Assembly (NCBI GenBank): GCA_905178155.1
Contig: CAJINV010000001.1
Location: 12,445,832 to 12,509,831, forward strand
From: Amoebophrya sp. A120
Lineage: Eukaryota; Protista; Dinoflagellata
DNA length: 64,000 nucleotides
Direction: 5' to 3'
The notes under the pieces were generated by a model. That model did not search any database, had not been told where the DNA came from, and saw only the letters and a list, made by a program, of their open reading frames with translations. Position 1 is the stretch's first letter; each line of letters opens with the position of its first letter. The position numbers and the translations under genes are program-made. Shown piece by piece: positions 60,401 to 64,000 of this stretch.

Positions 60401-63400
60401 AGTACATCGCAAAACTTCTGCCAGTCACCGAGATGTCGCGCAGCATAGCTTCCACGATCGCACAGCACCGACTGCGATCCGCTGGCGGCAGGACCCCCGC
60501 CACGGGGGAGACGAGCAGCGGAGAGCAAAGTGGTACCACCGCACTGGCGACCACGGCGGCGCCCAACAGCGGCCGGGCCGCGTGCAAGAACTCGAAGAGG
60601 GCGAGGACTGTGGCCGGCGTCGGCAGAACACTGTTGTACTCACTATTCCGGTTGATGTTCTGCTCTTGCGCAAGCAACTGCGCCCGCTCGGGTAACGACG
60701 CGCCACTGCTGCTCTGGTCATCTGACCGAGGAAGCGACTCGTGGCTCTTCGCCCCGAGTCCCGCGATCAAGTCTGGGACGTTCTGGCTCAGGTAGTTTAG
60801 CAGGATCGCCTCGTGCTGTGAGGTGCTGGAGATCACGTCAGACCTCGTTGTTTTCAGCGCAGAAGTAGCCTTGTTTATTCCACCTGCAGTTGTCAAAGCA
60901 CCAGTGCTGGAAGAGGACGGCGAAGATGAAGAACCTGCTTGTGCTTGCAGGATTCGTCTGCCAAACAGCAGCACCAGTGGCAGGATTTCGTTGCGCAAGT
61001 CGTCCCTGGTCACATACTCGGCAAAGTGCTGCAGCGTCAACAGCGCAAACACGTAAACGCGCTCCACTTCTGCTGATAACTCTTGCTCCGAAAGTTGCTC
61101 TTCGTGGTCCCGTGTCGGGTGCAAGAGGAGTGCGTGGCTTTCTAGCAGAAGCCTTGCAACGGGGAGCAGTAATTGCGATTTCACTTGCCGTGCGTCCCGC
61201 TGCGGGCCGGGAGCGGCCGCAGATAGTTCCTGGTACAATTTGGTCTGGCTGTTGCTGCGGCTCGCTGGGGGGCTGCTGGCGCTACTCTCGCTGCGCAACA
61301 GAGATGTCGTCGACCCCACCGCTGGCATGGGATCGGTTTGCAATTCCACAGCTGTCGCAAGATTTTGGCCGACCATTGCACCTTTGCTATTGCTGTCCTG
61401 CTGAAGCCAAAGCCCAAACAGGCCTCGCTTTGTTCCTTGCTTATTTCCCTTCTGCTCGACGATAGGATTTCCTTCTTTTGAAGCACTTGCCAAGTCAGCT
61501 TTTTTCGACCGCGACAGGCACACCCTTAGCAGGCCGCAAAGTGCTGAGACCGCGCGACGGATCTTCCCAATTCGCGTTTGCTCAAAGTCCGTCGCGGAAG
61601 ATGACAGCACTAGTGCCTTGTGCAGCAGCTCGAATAGCAAGGTGCGCCATATCTCGCTGGCGGAAATCACGTCTTCCAGTTCCGGAAGGCAGGACAAAAC
61701 CGTCTGCTCGCGCTCGACCGTGCCGGAATCGGTGCCCCTCAGTCCCGTTTTCACCGCATCAAACAGAGAGACGTGAGTATCGGAGAAAAAATCCCGGCCG
61801 CCGCCAGTGACAATGCCGGAAGTCGCGGAGAAAATCAAAGAGAGCAGAATGTCAATGTCCGCGACCTTCCGCGGTCGGATCCGGTGGCTGTGCTGCCACA
61901 GATTGGCAAACAAGGGGAAGAAGCGCGTCGGCAAGACCAGTGACACCTGTGGCTCGTGCTCCTGCAGCAAGTCCCGCACCGGGGTGGCGCGCGCGCTCAG
62001 GGGGTGGAGGGAAACTTCCGTACCGTATTTGTACTCGGCGGTATCGATAGCGCGATCCTGGTCTACAAACCACTTAATAAATTCGCCGGACGAGGTGGAG
62101 GAGGAACCTGCGATACAGATAAACTTTGTCCAAATTACTTGTGGAGAATTCGAAACAAATACGGCCCTGTTGATGCAACACGAAAAGCTTCTATGCAAAA
62201 TTTACGAACAAGAGTCCAAATTACCTCTTTCACTCCGCGCACTGACACTTGACCGACCGGTCGCCAGCGAAACGTCCGCCCCGGTTGGTTTCACCCCGTC
62301 GCCCGCCGACCCGCGCGCCTCCAGTCCCAGCAGCACGTCTTGCGCTCGTTCCAGCTTGCGCAGCAATCCGTAAGGGTTCTGGCGAAAAAACGGGCAGCTC
62401 TGCCACTCCCCGACCGATTTGTAGCGCTCGTTCGCTTCAGGCGACAGATTTTGCAGTAAAGGTTTCGCCAGCTCCGCCAACCCAGCATCCACTTTTTGCA
62501 TCTCGATTTTCAGCTTCTCGCGCTTCAGAGGCAAGGCGTAAGCCTTTGCCAGCAACACTGCCACGCCGAACACGTCGCTTCTCACATCCGGCTTCTTGCC
62601 TTCCTGGAGAACCACCTCGGCAGCAACGTGCAACGTAGAAATTTGACTCCGCAACAGGATCCGCGCGACACTGTACGTCTCTGCGGATTCATCCTGTAGT
62701 TCGGACGCGTCGCTCATCTCCGCTTCTCCCTTGGTCGACGACAGTGCGAGCGAACAGCCCAGCCCGGCAATTTTCGGTACGGAGTTGTGGGCGAGAAAAA
62801 TGCAGTCCGGCGTCAGTCGCCGGTGCACGCGCCTCACGGTGCGGTGAAGCCAATACAGCCCCCGGCAGACGCCGAACAGGCAACTGCGGATCTCCAAATC
62901 CGTGAGGGCGAAGGGCGCTGCATCCTCCGGTGCGGTGCTGCCTTTGCCATTGCCACCTCCTTTGTTCCGCCCAGCATTTAAATTTCGTCCAGGCGCGCCA
63001 CTCCCCCCCGCTTGGGCTTGCGATCCTCCCGGAGATGGACCACACGCGGGGTACTCCAACTGCAGACCGAGCTGCAGCATGGCGAGCGTTCCGAGTAGCC
63101 CGGGCCCGATGAAGAACAACACATCCTCGGTCTCCTGCAGCGGAAAGATGACATCCAGGAAATTCGGGTGCTTCAGCCGCGTCAGAATCCGGACTTCTCG
63201 CCGGAGCACCTCATCCCGTTCGTGTTCGGTTTTGTGCGCGAAGAAGAGAGTCACCCGGGTTTGCCGTTGCAGGCACAAGCCGGGGACCAGGTTCCAATCG
63301 CCCGTGACCGTCTCGCCAAACTCCACAGTCGCGGTGTGGTCCGCCTTCACCGTCCCATGCCAGTTCCACTCGTACTGCCGCGGGAGTGAGCGGTGCCACG

Positions 63401-63425
63401 CTGCATAGTACGGCAGCATACTCAT
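57435..63425 (-). CDS. SCY1/SCYL-like pseudokinase with helical region and long disordered acidic tail
   Basis: LRREVRILTRLKHPNFLDVIFPLQET, LTDLEIRSCLFGVCRGLYWLH, VHRRLTPDCIFL (no HRD) and KIAGLG (no DFG). GT-AG intron 62108-62224 joins ORF 62202-63425 in frame to ORF 57435-62198. The true start may lie further upstream. Confidence 0.75.
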
Positions 63426-64000
63426 CCCTGACCGGTGCGGCGAGATGAGACATCAACAGTTTTTCACGACTCCAAAATACTTACTTTCACAAGCTTTTTC
63501 GTAGCACCTTGACTCGCTGTTCATCTGGTGAACGCTTGCTGCCAGTTTGATAACCCCACTACAGTTCTTCAAAAGGCAGATCGACAAAAAGATCGATGGG
63601 CGATGAAATAAGATCCCTCCATCACAAAATCTTCCGAAGATGAATAGTATAGATACGAAGCACAATTTACATTTCAATGAAGACCTTCCTCACGATCTTC
63701 TTCGGCTCCACGAAATGAAAACACTTTGCGTCTTTCAGTGAGTTACTATGACGATAGAGCAGCTTTCCCCGACTTGCAGTTCGGCGACTGCACACAGAAC
63801 TCTGCTCCCTCCGCAGCTCCATCACAATAAAGGATCGGCGAAGTTTTTCCCCCAATGCTGAAAAGAAAACGTCGCGGGACGACTACCCAAGCGATCACTA
63901 CTAGTCCGGCATGACTTTATTCTCGAGTTGTAGAAAAAACCTTGCTGGTACACCACCAGAGTCGGTGCATCATGTGTAGAAAGTACTCCTTCTGCCTTCT

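Overview
Gene-dense eukaryotic DNA from the dinoflagellate lineage. A perfect dinoflagellate spliced leader, about 21 genes all on the minus strand, and non-canonical introns with inverted repeats point to a Syndiniales/Amoebophrya-like genome (inference). Recognisable products are an RBR E3 ligase, PIG-W/GWT1, a J-domain/FAM221 fusion, a degenerate DEAD-box/eIF4A-like protein, Fcf2, dynein roadblock light chain, a PKD2-like channel, SRP54, a DMT/EamA transporter, an R-SNARE-like coil, Nup54, a 2OG-Fe(II) oxygenase and a SCY1-like pseudokinase. The main signal is a layered mobile-DNA system. (1) Seven introner-like elements (205-262 bp cores, three TIR families) begin TAT, end ATA and are flanked by 5-bp target-site duplications (TSDs). 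Each must be removed to restore a reading frame, but only one can use GT-AG. (2) Two of these elements carry secondary TSD-flanked insertions. One is a 2.1-kb sequence whose 5' end is the complete 22-nt spliced leader, i.e. a trans-spliced RNA retro-inserted into an introner inside a gene. (3) A second ORF-less 1.87-kb element bounded by 33-bp direct repeats shares 5' architecture with the 2.1-kb insert. A 3-kb four-tier satellite array lies at 52.8-55.8 kb. All gene models were spliced by eye and need RNA-seq confirmation.
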